This document shows positions 48,322 to 58,417 of a stretch of DNA of 64,000 nucleotides, in pieces. Below the pieces are notes generated by a model. That model did not search any database, was not told the DNA's origin, and worked only from the letters and a program-made list of their open reading frames with translations. Both the position numbers and the translations under genes were made by a program. This DNA is from Vampirovibrionales bacterium (GTDB taxonomy: Bacteria > Cyanobacteriota > Vampirovibrionia > Vampirovibrionales > Vampirovibrionaceae), in NCBI GenBank assembly GCA_016712355.1, contig JADJRF010000005.1, positions 2,449,562 to 2,513,561 of the forward strand. The letters run 5' to 3'. Numbering within the stretch: the stretch's first letter is position 1; each line of letters starts with the position of its first letter.

Positions 48322-49296
48322 GTGACGTCTTTTTCCCCTGCGTCCTCTGCCCTGCCCCAGCGTCCTGACGGCGCTCCTGTCGCCCGCCTGCCGTTTGTGA
48401 AGATGCACGGCCTGGGCAATGATTTTGTCATGCTGCGAGCCGACGCCCTGCCCCCGCAGACAGATCTGGCGACGCTGGCCCAGACGCTATGCGATCGGCA
48501 TTTCGGCATTGGCGCTGACGGCCTGATTATCGCGGGTCCGCCGAGTGACGCGGCGCGCGCCGACGCCCGCTTTACGTATTACAACGGCGACGGCAGCCGC
48601 GCCGAGATGTGCGGCAACGGCATCCGCTGCTTTGCGCGCTTTGTACGGGCGCAGGGGCTTGTTTCGAGCGATATCATGCGCGTGGAAACCGACGCGGGCG
48701 TCTTAACGCCGCAGCTCAACGCCGACGGCAGCGTGACAGTGGATATGGGCGCGCCGCGATTGAGGGCGCAAGACATCCCCTTTGCCGGCGAGCATCAGGC
48801 GCCGGACGCACCCGTGCGCAATTATCCGCTGAGCGCGCTGGGACGCTCGTTTGGGGTATCGCTGGTGAGTATGGGAAATCCGCATTGCGTGATTCTGCAA
48901 GACTCGCTCAGCTCGCCGCTGGATCCAGCCGTCTTTGGCCCGGCGATCGAAACCCATCCGGGTTTTCCTCATAAAACCAACGTGGAATTTGTTGATATTC
49001 TGGATCGCCAGACCGTACGCGCCATTGTCTGGGAACGCGGCTGTGGCTTCACGCTGGCTTGCGGCACCGGCGCATGCGCCATTGCTGTTGTCTGCGCATT
49101 AGAGGATCGGACAGATGCCGAAACGACGGTGCTGTTGCCCGGCGGCGCGCTGCGCATTCAGTGGGACAAAACCGACCCGGCCTCGCGCGTCCTGATGACC
49201 GGCCCCGCCGAAACGACATTTGAAGGGAGCATTGATTGGCCGCTGCGCGTCGCGTCGCCGGAACGAACGTCGACGCCCGGCGTCATGGCTTCGTAA
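48322..49296 (+). CDS. dapF: Diaminopimelate epimerase
   Basis: FVKMHGLGNDFVML and the two catalytic Cys blocks (MCGNGIRC, ACGTGACA). Confidence 0.9.
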   Translation: MTSFSPASSALPQRPDGAPVARLPFVKMHGLGNDFVMLRADALPPQTDLATLAQTLCDRHFGIGADGLIIAGPPSDAARADARFTYYNGDGSRAEMCGNGIRCFARFVRAQGLVSSDIMRVETDAGVLTPQLNADGSVTVDMGAPRLRAQDIPFAGEHQAPDAPVRNYPLSALGRSFGVSLVSMGNPHCVILQDSLSSPLDPAVFGPAIETHPGFPHKTNVEFVDILDRQTVRAIVWERGCGFTLACGTGACAIAVVCALEDRTDAETTVLLPGGALRIQWDKTDPASRVLMTGPAETTFEGSIDWPLRVASPERTSTPGVMAS

Positions 49297-49398
49297 AGCC
49301 CGTCCGAAAGGCCTCTTTGCAATTGGGGCGAACCTCTCTATAATGGGCCCACTGCTTTTTCGTTTATCGTATTGATGATTTAGGCGACCCTGCGTTCT

Positions 49399-50916
49399 AT
49401 GAAACCGATGATTTCGCGCCTTGCGTTTTCGCTGATTGTATCAGCCTTCTTTGCGCTTAGCCCGATGGCTCTGTGCTGGGCGACCGATTTACCGCCTACG
49501 GTGCTGTCGTATTTAAGAAAGCGCGATCCGGCCGTCAAGATTCGCTTTGACGGCATGGTGACGCTGAGCAATCATGACGTATATTTGCCCGTTTTCCCGC
49601 AGGATCCGTCGCACCCGCCCAATCCGTCGCAAGTCCTGCGTGAATATCCACAACAGGCGAAATCGCCGGATTTGATTCAATTTGATAATCACTTCTTTTT
49701 GATTCGGCTGGTCAATACGAGTTCTGGAAAGCTGGCGCTGGCGCGTATGGACGCCTATCCCATCGAACTGAAGGAAGGTCTGTTGCCGCAGGATTTATTG
49801 CTGCCGCCCAATTTATTTCTTCCAAACGAATTAAAAGTCATTCTAGGGGATTTGCCCTATAATCCGATTGAAACCGTGATGGGCGATAATTCCGCCGCGT
49901 CGCTCGCCTCCAGCAATTTTACCAACGCCGCCCGCACGGCCGTTAAAAAAACATTGTACGTAGCCGATCTCGATCGTCAGGCGCTCGCCGTGATCGAGCC
50001 GACCACCGGCCAGAAGCGCGAAAATATTGATTTAAACTGCGTCGCCTCTAACGTGCTGGCCTCGCCGGACGGTCACTCGGTTTTTGTGAGCTGTCTGACG
50101 ACAGACGAAGTCGTGGTCGTGGACACGCGATCCAGTCTGGTGCGCACGCGCATTCTGGTCGGGGCGAAACCCACGGGCCTGTTGTATCTACCGGCGTCAA
50201 AAGCAGGCGGACGCGAGACGCTGGCGGTGAGTCACCGGTTTTCGAATTTTCTGACGCTGGTTCCTGCCGATGAGCTGGTGAGCGGCGCTCAGGCGCAGTT
50301 ACCCGGCAACGGAGGTCCCATGGCGGCTCTTCCTGCGCTGAATCTGCTCTATGTCGCCGATTACACCGAAAATAAGATTTACGAACTGGATTTCGCCACC
50401 CGCAAAGTGCTGCGGACGCTTAACGGCCTGCGCAATATGTCGGCCCTGTGGATTGACGATCGTACGCCGGGCGCGGCCACGATTTGGGCGATTAGCCGCA
50501 CTGAAGACAAGATTCAGGCGCTGGATCTGCGCAGCGGCGAAATTGTCGCCAGTCTGGCCGTCGGTAAAAAGCCGGTAGGCATGGTCTCCTGCGGCGGAAA
50601 ACTCTACGTCGTCTCGGCTGGCGGCGATTTGGTGGACGTGATTGATTTGACCACGCGCGCCGCCCTGCATCCCATTACCTTGCCCGATGGCAGTTTCCCC
50701 ACTGGCATTGTGGCGTCAGAATCTGACTTGAGAGCGTATCTTTCTGCCGCCGGAAGCGATCAGTTATTTGTGCTGGATTTAAATGCGCAGCAACTCGAAA
50801 AAACCGTATCGCTCAATACGCGCGGCGCCGGCATCGCCATGGTCGGCGCGACGCCCGATGCGACGGCGGCCTCGTTCCCCATTAAAACCACCACCCCGCT
50901 CAAACAAACGCCGTAA
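49399..50916 (+). CDS. Secreted beta-propeller (YVTN/YncE-like repeat) protein
   Basis: Signal peptide and repeated ~40-aa units (YVADLDRQALAVIEPTTGQ..., LYVADYTENKIYELD..., LYVVSAGGDLVDVIDLTT...). Confidence 0.5.
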   Translation: MKPMISRLAFSLIVSAFFALSPMALCWATDLPPTVLSYLRKRDPAVKIRFDGMVTLSNHDVYLPVFPQDPSHPPNPSQVLREYPQQAKSPDLIQFDNHFFLIRLVNTSSGKLALARMDAYPIELKEGLLPQDLLLPPNLFLPNELKVILGDLPYNPIETVMGDNSAASLASSNFTNAARTAVKKTLYVADLDRQALAVIEPTTGQKRENIDLNCVASNVLASPDGHSVFVSCLTTDEVVVVDTRSSLVRTRILVGAKPTGLLYLPASKAGGRETLAVSHRFSNFLTLVPADELVSGAQAQLPGNGGPMAALPALNLLYVADYTENKIYELDFATRKVLRTLNGLRNMSALWIDDRTPGAATIWAISRTEDKIQALDLRSGEIVASLAVGKKPVGMVSCGGKLYVVSAGGDLVDVIDLTTRAALHPITLPDGSFPTGIVASESDLRAYLSAAGSDQLFVLDLNAQQLEKTVSLNTRGAGIAMVGATPDATAASFPIKTTTPLKQTP

Positions 50917-50955
50917 CGGCGCCATACGACTGGGTCTGCTCAGGAGGTCTTTGCG

Positions 50956-53190
50956 ATGACGTCATGTTTTACCCCCCGTCTCGGGGCGCCTTCGCGGTTG
51001 TTGCTTCAGGCGCTCGTGATCACGGCGATGCTGGGCCCAGTCTGTCCCGGCGCGTCACCGCCTGCATGGGGGCAATTGGGCGATTACGCCTATTATTACG
51101 CTCAAGGGAACAGCTTTTTTGAAAAAGGCGAACTCACAAAAGCGATTGAGATGTATGAAAAGGCTATCACGCTTGCCGAAGGCCCCAGCATCCCCATCGC
51201 CTACAATAACCTAGCGGCGATTTATATGCGTCGGGGCAATTATTTTATTGGCGTCAAACAATTGGAAAATGCGCTGTCGGATTTTCGGCGCGCGTATTAT
51301 TTATTAGAACCCGCCTGGCCGGATGGCATGGAGCGTTCTGAAAAGCAGGACGCCAACCGCAAGATTTCACGCGAGAACCTTAAAATCGGTTACGGCAATC
51401 TACAAATCAGCCTAAACGATGCGTCTGCGCACCGTGAGCTCGCCAAAAAACTGCGATTTTCCGGGAAATTCCAGGAAGCCGTTGTCGAGTACGCCCGCGT
51501 ACTGGAATTAAGCCCCTCCGACGCCGATTCCGCCAAGGCGATGGGTGATTTATTTAACGTGTTAGGCGTCGCCGAGAAATCCAAGAAATATTACGCGATC
51601 GCCGTTAAAAATGGCGCAGGCGGGCAAGACGGCGATTTACTGACGCGCCTGGCGGACGCCCAAAGCAAGAGCGGCGAAACAGACGCAGCGGTTCAAAGTC
51701 TTAACAAGGCGCTCGAAGCCGATCCCAATAATCAGACTGCCCTGCGTCAGCTTGAAGATATCTGGATGCGCGAATTAAAGTACAATCCAAAAAGCGTCCT
51801 GGCGCACGCCAATCTGGCAGGAGTGTTCCAAAAACGCAAACTTTATGATCAGGCGCTTAAAGCCTATAACAATGCAGAACTATACGCCAGTCAGGATCCG
51901 GCGACGACGCTGGACGTCAAAAAATTAATCCGCCTGAATATGGGGACGCTATATCAGGAAATGCGCGATTTCCCGATGGCGGAAAAGGCCTATACGACCG
52001 TCCTTCAAATTGAGCCGGGCAACCGTCTGGCGAATTATTATCTGGCCGCCATGTACCGTGATTCCGGGCGCGTGGATCAGGCCATGGGTCAATACCGTCG
52101 TCTCCTGGCGGCAGACCCGGACAATACTGACGCGATGAAAGATCTGCTGGAATTAATTCGTCGCCAGCCGCCCGAGAAGGCTGCGCCTCAGTTGCAAGCC
52201 TATGCCGATCAGTTTGCGGGCAACGCCTTAGCGCAATCGCGCGTGGGCGAGGAATTCCACGCCATGAAAAATTATGAGTCCGCCGCCGCCTATTATCAGC
52301 GCGCGCTCGCTATTAATCCGGAGTTGGCCTCGGCAAACGCCAATTTAGGCGTCTTATTACAGTCTCAAGGCAAGCTCGACGAAGCGCTCCCTTACCTGCA
52401 GAAGGCCGCGCGACTGGATCCGCAGAATCAGACAGTAACAGGCCTGCTCAAAGACGCCCAATCGGCTGCGGGCCAGGACGCGCTCTCCAAAGCCGGGGAT
52501 TTACTTCACGCCGGCCGCTATGAAGACGCTGCCGGCGCGTACCAGCGCGCGCTACAAACAGCCGGAGCGGACACCCCTGAGGCCCGGGCCTCTTACGGCA
52601 TTGCGCTTCAGAATTTGCAGCGCCTGCCCGAGGCGATTGCTCAGTACCAGAAAGCAATCGCTGCCGCGCCTGACAAAGGGGATTTTCGCTATTATCTGGC
52701 CACCGCCTATCATCAGTCCGGCGACTTAACCAAGGCCGCCGCAGAGTATCGTCGGGCGCTTGCGGCCCCCTCGCTCGACGACGCGCTCAAACCCCAGGCG
52801 CAGCAGGCGCTGGACGGCTTAACCCAAGCGCACGCGGCCGATACGCTTAATAAGGCGGTCGATGCCTACAACCGAAAAGCTTACGCCCAAGCCTTAACAC
52901 TGGTCGAGCAAGCCTTGCGGGAGTCTCCGCGCAACGCGACGGCGCTCTACTACCGGGCGATGATATATAGCGATCAGGGCAAGCTGCCGCAGGCCATCAG
53001 TGGCTATCAGGACACCCTGCGCGCAGACCCAGGCTTCAAGGACGCTTATTTTGGCCTGGCGGTTGCATTAGAGAAGAAGTCGGATCGCGCAGGCGCGCGC
53101 GGAGCTTTTCAGAAGTTCGTGGAATTATCGGCAGGTCAGCCCGACGACGACTTCACCCGTTATGCGCGCGAGCGCCTGAAAGCCTTATAG
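50956..53190 (+). CDS. Secreted multi-TPR repeat protein
   Basis: Signal peptide and more than 12 TPR units (W-LG-Y-A-F-P consensus positions, AxxxYxxAL). Confidence 0.6.
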   Translation: MTSCFTPRLGAPSRLLLQALVITAMLGPVCPGASPPAWGQLGDYAYYYAQGNSFFEKGELTKAIEMYEKAITLAEGPSIPIAYNNLAAIYMRRGNYFIGVKQLENALSDFRRAYYLLEPAWPDGMERSEKQDANRKISRENLKIGYGNLQISLNDASAHRELAKKLRFSGKFQEAVVEYARVLELSPSDADSAKAMGDLFNVLGVAEKSKKYYAIAVKNGAGGQDGDLLTRLADAQSKSGETDAAVQSLNKALEADPNNQTALRQLEDIWMRELKYNPKSVLAHANLAGVFQKRKLYDQALKAYNNAELYASQDPATTLDVKKLIRLNMGTLYQEMRDFPMAEKAYTTVLQIEPGNRLANYYLAAMYRDSGRVDQAMGQYRRLLAADPDNTDAMKDLLELIRRQPPEKAAPQLQAYADQFAGNALAQSRVGEEFHAMKNYESAAAYYQRALAINPELASANANLGVLLQSQGKLDEALPYLQKAARLDPQNQTVTGLLKDAQSAAGQDALSKAGDLLHAGRYEDAAGAYQRALQTAGADTPEARASYGIALQNLQRLPEAIAQYQKAIAAAPDKGDFRYYLATAYHQSGDLTKAAAEYRRALAAPSLDDALKPQAQQALDGLTQAHAADTLNKAVDAYNRKAYAQALTLVEQALRESPRNATALYYRAMIYSDQGKLPQAISGYQDTLRADPGFKDAYFGLAVALEKKSDRAGARGAFQKFVELSAGQPDDDFTRYARERLKAL

Positions 53191-53312
53191 CGCACCGAAA
53201 GCCGTCCATGCCCGCGCGCATTGACAAGCCGCCCCCTGATTGTGCTATCGTGGTTGCACATCCTGTTTTTACCCCCGTTAATCCCAACTCCCTAATAGCT
53301 GAAACAGACGAT

Positions 53313-53351
53313 GGGCCTGTAGCTCAGTTGGCTAGAGCGCACCCCTGATAA
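53313..53351 (+). pseudogene. Partial tRNA-Ile(GAT): 5' half ending in the anticodon loop
   Basis: gggcctgtagctcagttggctagagcgcacccctgataa is identical to nt 1-39 of the intact tRNA-Ile 212 bp downstream. The 21-bp leader is also duplicated with 3 mismatches (53292-53312 vs 53504-53524). Confidence 0.7.
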
Positions 53352-53524
53352 CGTAGAGCCCATGAGCTTGAGTCAGGAAAGAGAGACTAGGCCAAAAGCA
53401 GTCCCATTCAGGATCTCGAATCTCCGGTTCTCTTATGATACAACATGGATTCTCCGATGTAAAAAAACCGATGACTCACTTTTTACTCAGTTTTCCTCGC
53501 TCCAAAATGGCTGAAACGCACGAT

Positions 53525-53601
53525 GGGCCTGTAGCTCAGTTGGCTAGAGCGCACCCCTGATAAGGGTGAGGTCCGGTGTTCGAGTCACCGCAGGCCCACC
53601 A
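53525..53601 (+). tRNA. tRNA-Ile (anticodon GAT), CCA encoded
   Basis: gggcctgtagctcagttggctagagcgcacccctgataagggtgaggtccggtgttcgagtcaccgcaggcccacca is a canonical cloverleaf with anticodon stem caccc/gggtg and loop ctGATaa. Confidence 0.9.
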
Positions 53602-53768
53602 TCCACGCCACTTTCAGCCGATCCAAGCCAGAAACGAGAGAAAAATCCCGACAAAAATGACTCAGTTTTACAATCAAAAAACCTCTAGAAGCTCCTCCTT
53701 GAGGGGCTTTTCACGTTTTTACGGATTACTCAGTTTTCACAACCCAACTGAGTCATAAGGGTGAGGCC

Positions 53769-54530
53769 ATGAACACCGATAGCCGAATCACAGACTGCGA
53801 GGCGCTTAAGGCGGAAATCGACAGCTATCGTCCGTTGGATGAATACACCCTCAACCAGCTCAAGGCCTACTACCGGGTAGGGTTGACGTATGCCAGCAAC
53901 GCCCTGGAAGGCAACACCCTGACCGAGACTGAAACCAAGGTGGTACTGGAGGACGGCATTACCATTGGCGGTAAGCCCATGAAGGATCACCTGGAAGCCA
54001 TTGGTCACGCCAAAGCGTATGACCTACTGTATGACCTGATTCAAAATCCGAGCGTGACCGAGGCCGATTTACTGGCCCTTCATCGTTTGGTCGTGGAAGG
54101 CATTGACGGCACCAAACCAGGGCAATATCGAAGCAAGCCCGTCATCATTACCGGAACCGCCTACGTCCCCCCTCAACCTGCCGACGTTCCAGGACAGATG
54201 CAGACATTCATTGAGGACAAGCTTCCCAACTGGATCAAGGCCGAACATCCCATTCATACGGCGGCGCTGGCCCACCTGGAATTGGTGACCATCCACCCGT
54301 TTCTGGATGGCAATGGCCGGACGGCCCGGCTGCTCATGAATCTTCTGTTGCTGAAGACAGGCTACCCCATCACGATTATCCCGCCGGTGTTGCGGTCGGA
54401 TTACATGGCTTGCCTACGGTCATTTCAGGAAAGCCAGGACAACACGCCGTTTCTGAACTTCATTTCCAACGTGGTAGTTGAGTCGTCCAAGGATATGCTC
54501 CGGCTACTCAAGCACCTCCAACCCCGTTAA
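53769..54530 (+). CDS. fic: Fic-family protein (class II; N-terminal inhibitory motif present)
   Basis: Fic active-site motif HPFLDGNGRTARLL (HxFx(D/E)GNGRxxR) and N-terminal SNALEGN matching the (S/T)xxxE(G/N) auto-inhibitory helix. First gene of the low-GC island. Confidence 0.85.
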   Translation: MNTDSRITDCEALKAEIDSYRPLDEYTLNQLKAYYRVGLTYASNALEGNTLTETETKVVLEDGITIGGKPMKDHLEAIGHAKAYDLLYDLIQNPSVTEADLLALHRLVVEGIDGTKPGQYRSKPVIITGTAYVPPQPADVPGQMQTFIEDKLPNWIKAEHPIHTAALAHLELVTIHPFLDGNGRTARLLMNLLLLKTGYPITIIPPVLRSDYMACLRSFQESQDNTPFLNFISNVVVESSKDMLRLLKHLQPR

Positions 54531-54974
54531 ACGTCCATCCAGCGGTCATGTTTGGGCTTGTCGCCAAAGACGTTGCTCATGAAGTTTTCCAAGGCTTCCT
54601 TGAGACGACGTTCCTTTTCATCGCTCATCGCCTTGTCCACATCGCGGGCCATCGCTTCCACCCAGTACCCGACGGCGATTGCCAAGGCGTCCAGACGGTC
54701 ATCCTGGGCCAAGGCTCCCCGTTCTCGGGTAATACGGCTCATCTGGTAGAAAAGCTGGTACTTCAACGCCTGCTCTGGCGGTAGGTGCTGGGTCGATTTG
54801 TAGTCCCGGTCAATGAGCTTTCGATTCACAATCAAGCGGTGCTGGTTCATCACGGGTTCGAGGGTATCAATAATCCGCTTCTCTTTCTGGATACTGTGCT
54901 TCACCTCCTCGGTGGTCACCGGGTAAATGCGGGTTAGGAAAGGCTTGAGGAGTTGCTCGAACATCCCATCCCCG
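54527..54974 (-). pseudogene. 3' gene fragment truncated by IS insertion, possibly the C-terminal nuclease region of a phage terminase large subunit
   Basis: Native sequence begins exactly at the IS end (54975); the first 24 codons of ORF 54527..55048 are IS-derived. ...AQDDRLDALAIAVGYW resembles the terminal HDDxxDAL metal-binding motif of terminase nuclease domains (weak inference). Confidence 0.35.
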
Positions 54975-55038
54975 TGGTCAACCCCCAAAATATGATCCAG
55001 TTGTAAGTCAGTGGTTTGGTGTTGATGGGGTTCAGTAT

Positions 55039-55872
55039 TCAGGCGCATGGAGCGGAGCGGAATGGGACTGAATACTGAAGTCGCGCAGCCGGAGCTGGTG
55101 GCTTGTATCCCAGTGAGCTGTGCGGCCTGACGTGATTGTAATGCTCACGCCAGTCTTCAATAACCGTCTGTGCTTCTTTGAGCGTATAGAACAACTCCCC
55201 ATTCAGCAATTCATCGCGTAACCTTCCATTAAAGCTCTCGTTGTAACCGTTTTCCCAAGGGCTGCCCGGCTCAATGTAGGCCGTCTTTACCCGCAGTTGA
55301 TACAGCCACTCCTTGAGTGTGGCAGCGGTAAATTCGCTGCCGTTGTCTGAACGGATATAATCCGGCAATCCTTCTCTCAGAAACAAGTCACTCAGAACAT
55401 CCAGCACATCATCACTGTTCAGACGATAATCCACACGGATGGCAAGGCATTTGCGGGTAAACTCGTCAATCACGGTGAGCATCCGTATCTTCTTGCCACA
55501 GGCCAGCCGGTCTGCCACAAAGTCATAGCTCCACACATGGCCCGGCCAGCAGGGACGAAGCCGAATGCAGGAGCCATCATTCAAATACAGACGGCTCCGC
55601 TTCTTCTGGCGTTTAGGAACCTTCAGACCTTCCTCGCGCCAAATACGTTCCACTCGCTTGTGGTTAACCCGCCAGCCCTCAGCACGAAGCAAGGCGGTGA
55701 TGCGCTTGTAACCGTAGCGACCATACCGACGGGCCAAACGGATAATATCACCCCGAAGCGCCTCTTCATCATCGGGCTTTCGTTTGAGATAGCGCTGAAC
55801 GGAACGGCAAACGCCGAGCGCATGACACGCCCGGCGCTCCGATATACCATAGCGTTGCTGGCTTTTTACCAC
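55039..55872 (-). CDS. IS3-family transposase OrfB (DDE integrase core)
   Basis: rve-domain blocks HVWSYDFV...[11 protein letters not shown]...[11 protein letters not shown]...[16 protein letters not shown]. Confidence 0.85.
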   Translation of the reverse strand: MVKSQQRYGISERRACHALGVCRSVQRYLKRKPDDEEALRGDIIRLARRYGRYGYKRITALLRAEGWRVNHKRVERIWREEGLKVPKRQKKRSRLYLNDGSCIRLRPCWPGHVWSYDFVADRLACGKKIRMLTVIDEFTRKCLAIRVDYRLNSDDVLDVLSDLFLREGLPDYIRSDNGSEFTAATLKEWLYQLRVKTAYIEPGSPWENGYNESFNGRLRDELLNGELFYTLKEAQTVIEDWREHYNHVRPHSSLGYKPPAPAARLQYSVPFRSAPCA

Positions 55873-55895
55873 ACAACGACGCTTCCGCTCAGCGC

Positions 55896-56174
55896 TTAAA
55901 AGTTTCCCGCTGCCGCGTCCCTGAGGATCTGCTTGTCCAGAGTTAAATCGGCTACCACACGCTTTAACCGCGCATTCTCAGCCTCCAGCTCTTTAAGCCG
56001 CTTTGCCTGAGAGATACCCATGCCCCCATACTCCTTGCGCCATTTGTAATAGGTCGCATCCGAAACACCCAGCTCCCGGCATATCTCTTCTACCGTCTTC
56101 CCCTGACCCGATAATACCTCCGCCTGGCGCAGCTTGCGAATAATCTGCTCCGGCCTGTGACGCAGTTTGCTCAT
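55896..56174 (-). CDS. IS3-family transposase OrfA (HTH, leucine zipper)
   Basis: [20 protein letters not shown]...TYYKWRKEY...[25 protein letters not shown]. Confidence 0.85.
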   Translation of the reverse strand: MSKLRHRPEQIIRKLRQAEVLSGQGKTVEEICRELGVSDATYYKWRKEYGGMGISQAKRLKELEAENARLKRVVADLTLDKQILRDAAAGNF

Positions 56175-56254
56175 ATCTCCCTCCTATTTGTCGGTCTCTT
56201 CTTTTTACCTCAACTACGAGATAATTTCTGGACCGAATTATAGGGGGCGGGTCA

Positions 56255-56883
56255 CCTTTTCGTTTCACCCATGTATAGAGGTTGACAGTCTTTTCCGGGG
56301 CTTCATCGGTCTTACCCAAAACGAGTTGACGAATCTTCTCCGGTAATGCCGCCGGGGCAACGGTTTCATGAATCACGATTTCCAGTACATGACCCATCGG
56401 GTCGCGCACGACCACGTAACGGTCCAAGTGGAAGACCCGCATCCCGTCGGGCTGGGACATATCCATCAGGACATTCCCGGCCACAAGCAAGTGCTTCAGG
56501 ATTTCAAAGACGGCCACGCGATCCGCTGAGACCTCAATCTCGGTCATCACGGCCTGTTCGACTCGGGAGAGCGCCGTCTCCAGTTCGGTTTTCAATCCGG
56601 GATCCGTCTGACCCTGGATAAACTCGTCCACCCGTAGCCGAAAGAAGGGACTGTTTGGCGGCAACAAAGCCAACAATAGTTTGGAAGCTAAATTGTTGAC
56701 CCCTCTGGCTCCTACTCCTTGATAGGGTGTTTCCAGCTTCGTTGTGGAATTATGTCCGTTGGGTGGGAGCAGGCTAGGGATGGTATATTTCGAGGCTTCC
56801 CGCGCCCGGTCCAGGTAGACAAAGCGGCGGGTTTCCAGCTCCCGATACCGAGCTTCGGCGGTTCCGACCACAGCGCTATCCAT
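56255..56883 (-). pseudogene. T7-like phage portal (head-to-tail connector, gp8-like) N-terminal fragment, interrupted by IS copy 1
   Basis: YTIPSLLPPNGHNSTTKLETPYQGVGARGVNNLASKLLLALLPPNSPFFRLRVDEF aligns to the T7 gp8 N-terminus (YTIPSLFPKD...DYQTPWQAVGARGLNNLASKLMLALFP...). The reading frame runs straight into IS sequence at 56254. Confidence 0.7.
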
Positions 56884-57281
56884 ACTAATTGGGCACGTTC
56901 AGCCCCGAGCCTGGACCCGGAATCAATAAATCAATCCGAAGAGACCGGGTGCCACTCCGACGAGCGGACGCCAAATTGCTATCCGTCTTCCTTTTACGGG
57001 CTTGTTCATCTTCTTGAGATAAAGGCGCGGTCGGTGTGGGCTCTGGAGGGGGCGGGACCGGCGGGAGCGGTGTGGGTTGTACGGCAGGAATCTTTGGCAT
57101 TTTAGGTTTGGATCCGCACATCTACACATTCTCCAAAAGGTTTTCTTGCTGACGTTTTGATTGTTCGATGAGAAAGCGCACGACCCGACGCTCTCCGACG
57201 GTGACCCGCCCCCTATAATTCGGTCCAGAAATTATCTCGTAGTTGAGGTAAAAAGAAGAGACCGACAAATAGGAGGGAGAT

Positions 57282-57560
57282 ATGAGCAAACTGCGTCACA
57301 GGCCGGAGCAGATTATTCGCAAGCTGCGCCAGGCGGAGGTATTATCGGGTCAGGGGAAGACGGTAGAAGAGATATGCCGGGAGCTGGGTGTTTCGGATGC
57401 GACCTATTACAAATGGCGCAAGGAGTATGGGGGCATGGGTATCTCTCAGGCAAAGCGGCTTAAAGAGCTGGAGGCTGAGAATGCGCGGTTAAAGCGTGTG
57501 GTAGCCGATTTAACTCTGGACAAGCAGATCCTCAGGGACGCGGCAGCGGGAAACTTTTAA
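57282..57560 (+). CDS. IS3-family transposase OrfA
   Basis: Identical in amino-acid sequence to 55896..56174. Confidence 0.85.
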   Translation: MSKLRHRPEQIIRKLRQAEVLSGQGKTVEEICRELGVSDATYYKWRKEYGGMGISQAKRLKELEAENARLKRVVADLTLDKQILRDAAAGNF

Positions 57561-57583
57561 GCGCTGAGCGGAAGCGTCGTTGT

Positions 57584-58417
57584 GTGGTAAAAAGCCAGCA
57601 ACGCTATGGTATATCGGAGCGCCGGGCGTGTCATGCGCTCGGCGTTTGCCGTTCCGTTCAGCGCTATCTCAAACGAAAGCCCGATGATGAAGAGGCGCTT
57701 CGGGGTGATATTATCCGTTTGGCCCGTCGGTATGGTCGCTACGGTTACAAGCGCATCACCGCCTTGCTTCGTGCTGAGGGCTGGCGGGTTAACCACAAGC
57801 GAGTGGAACGTATTTGGCGCGAGGAAGGTCTGAAGGTTCCTAAACGCCAGAAGAAGCGGAGCCGTCTGTATTTGAATGATGGCTCCTGCATTCGGCTTCG
57901 TCCCTGCTGGCCGGGCCATGTGTGGAGCTATGACTTTGTGGCAGACCGGCTGGCCTGTGGCAAGAAGATACGGATGCTCACCGTGATTGACGAGTTTACC
58001 CGCAAATGCCTTGCCATCCGTGTGGATTATCGTCTGAACAGTGATGATGTGCTGGATGTTCTGAGTGACTTGTTTCTGAGAGAAGGATTGCCGGATTATA
58101 TCCGTTCAGACAACGGCAGCGAATTTACCGCTGCCACACTCAAGGAGTGGCTGTATCAACTGCGGGTAAAGACGGCCTACATTGAGCCGGGCAGCCCTTG
58201 GGAAAACGGTTACAACGAGAGCTTTAATGGAAGGTTACGCGATGAATTGCTGAATGGGGAGTTGTTCTATACGCTCAAAGAAGCACAGACGGTTATTGAA
58301 GACTGGCGTGAGCATTACAATCACGTCAGGCCGCACAGCTCACTGGGATACAAGCCACCAGCTCCGGCTGCGCGACTTCAGTATTCAGTCCCATTCCGCT
58401 CCGCTCCATGCGCCTGA
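57584..58417 (+). CDS. IS3-family transposase OrfB
   Basis: Identical to 55039..55872. The frame is open upstream into the orfA end (-1 frame), consistent with frameshift fusion. Confidence 0.85.
   Translation: MVKSQQRYGISERRACHALGVCRSVQRYLKRKPDDEEALRGDIIRLARRYGRYGYKRITALLRAEGWRVNHKRVERIWREEGLKVPKRQKKRSRLYLNDGSCIRLRPCWPGHVWSYDFVADRLACGKKIRMLTVIDEFTRKCLAIRVDYRLNSDDVLDVLSDLFLREGLPDYIRSDNGSEFTAATLKEWLYQLRVKTAYIEPGSPWENGYNESFNGRLRDELLNGELFYTLKEAQTVIEDWREHYNHVRPHSSLGYKPPAPAARLQYSVPFRSAPCA

Larger units (their letters stand above)
54975..56254 (-). mobile_element. IS3-family insertion sequence, copy 1 (1280 bp)
   Basis: Bounded by imperfect terminal inverted repeats TGACCCGCCCCCTATAATTCGGTCCAG ... 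ACTGGATCATATTTTGGGGGTTGACCA. It encodes orfA (HTH) and orfB (DDE rve) in a -1 frame relationship. It is 100% identical to copy 2 over the compared ends and ORFs. Confidence 0.85.

Noticed and set aside
53313-53601. Group I intron inside tRNA-Ile
   Set aside because: The downstream copy is a complete, continuous tRNA, including its own 5' half and leader. The structure is a partial duplication, not a split gene.
57161-57463. 100-aa ORF reading from the portal-upstream region into IS copy 2
   Set aside because: Its C-terminal part is simply IS terminal sequence read in a non-coding frame. The same applies to the tail of ORF 55993..56883 beyond 56254.
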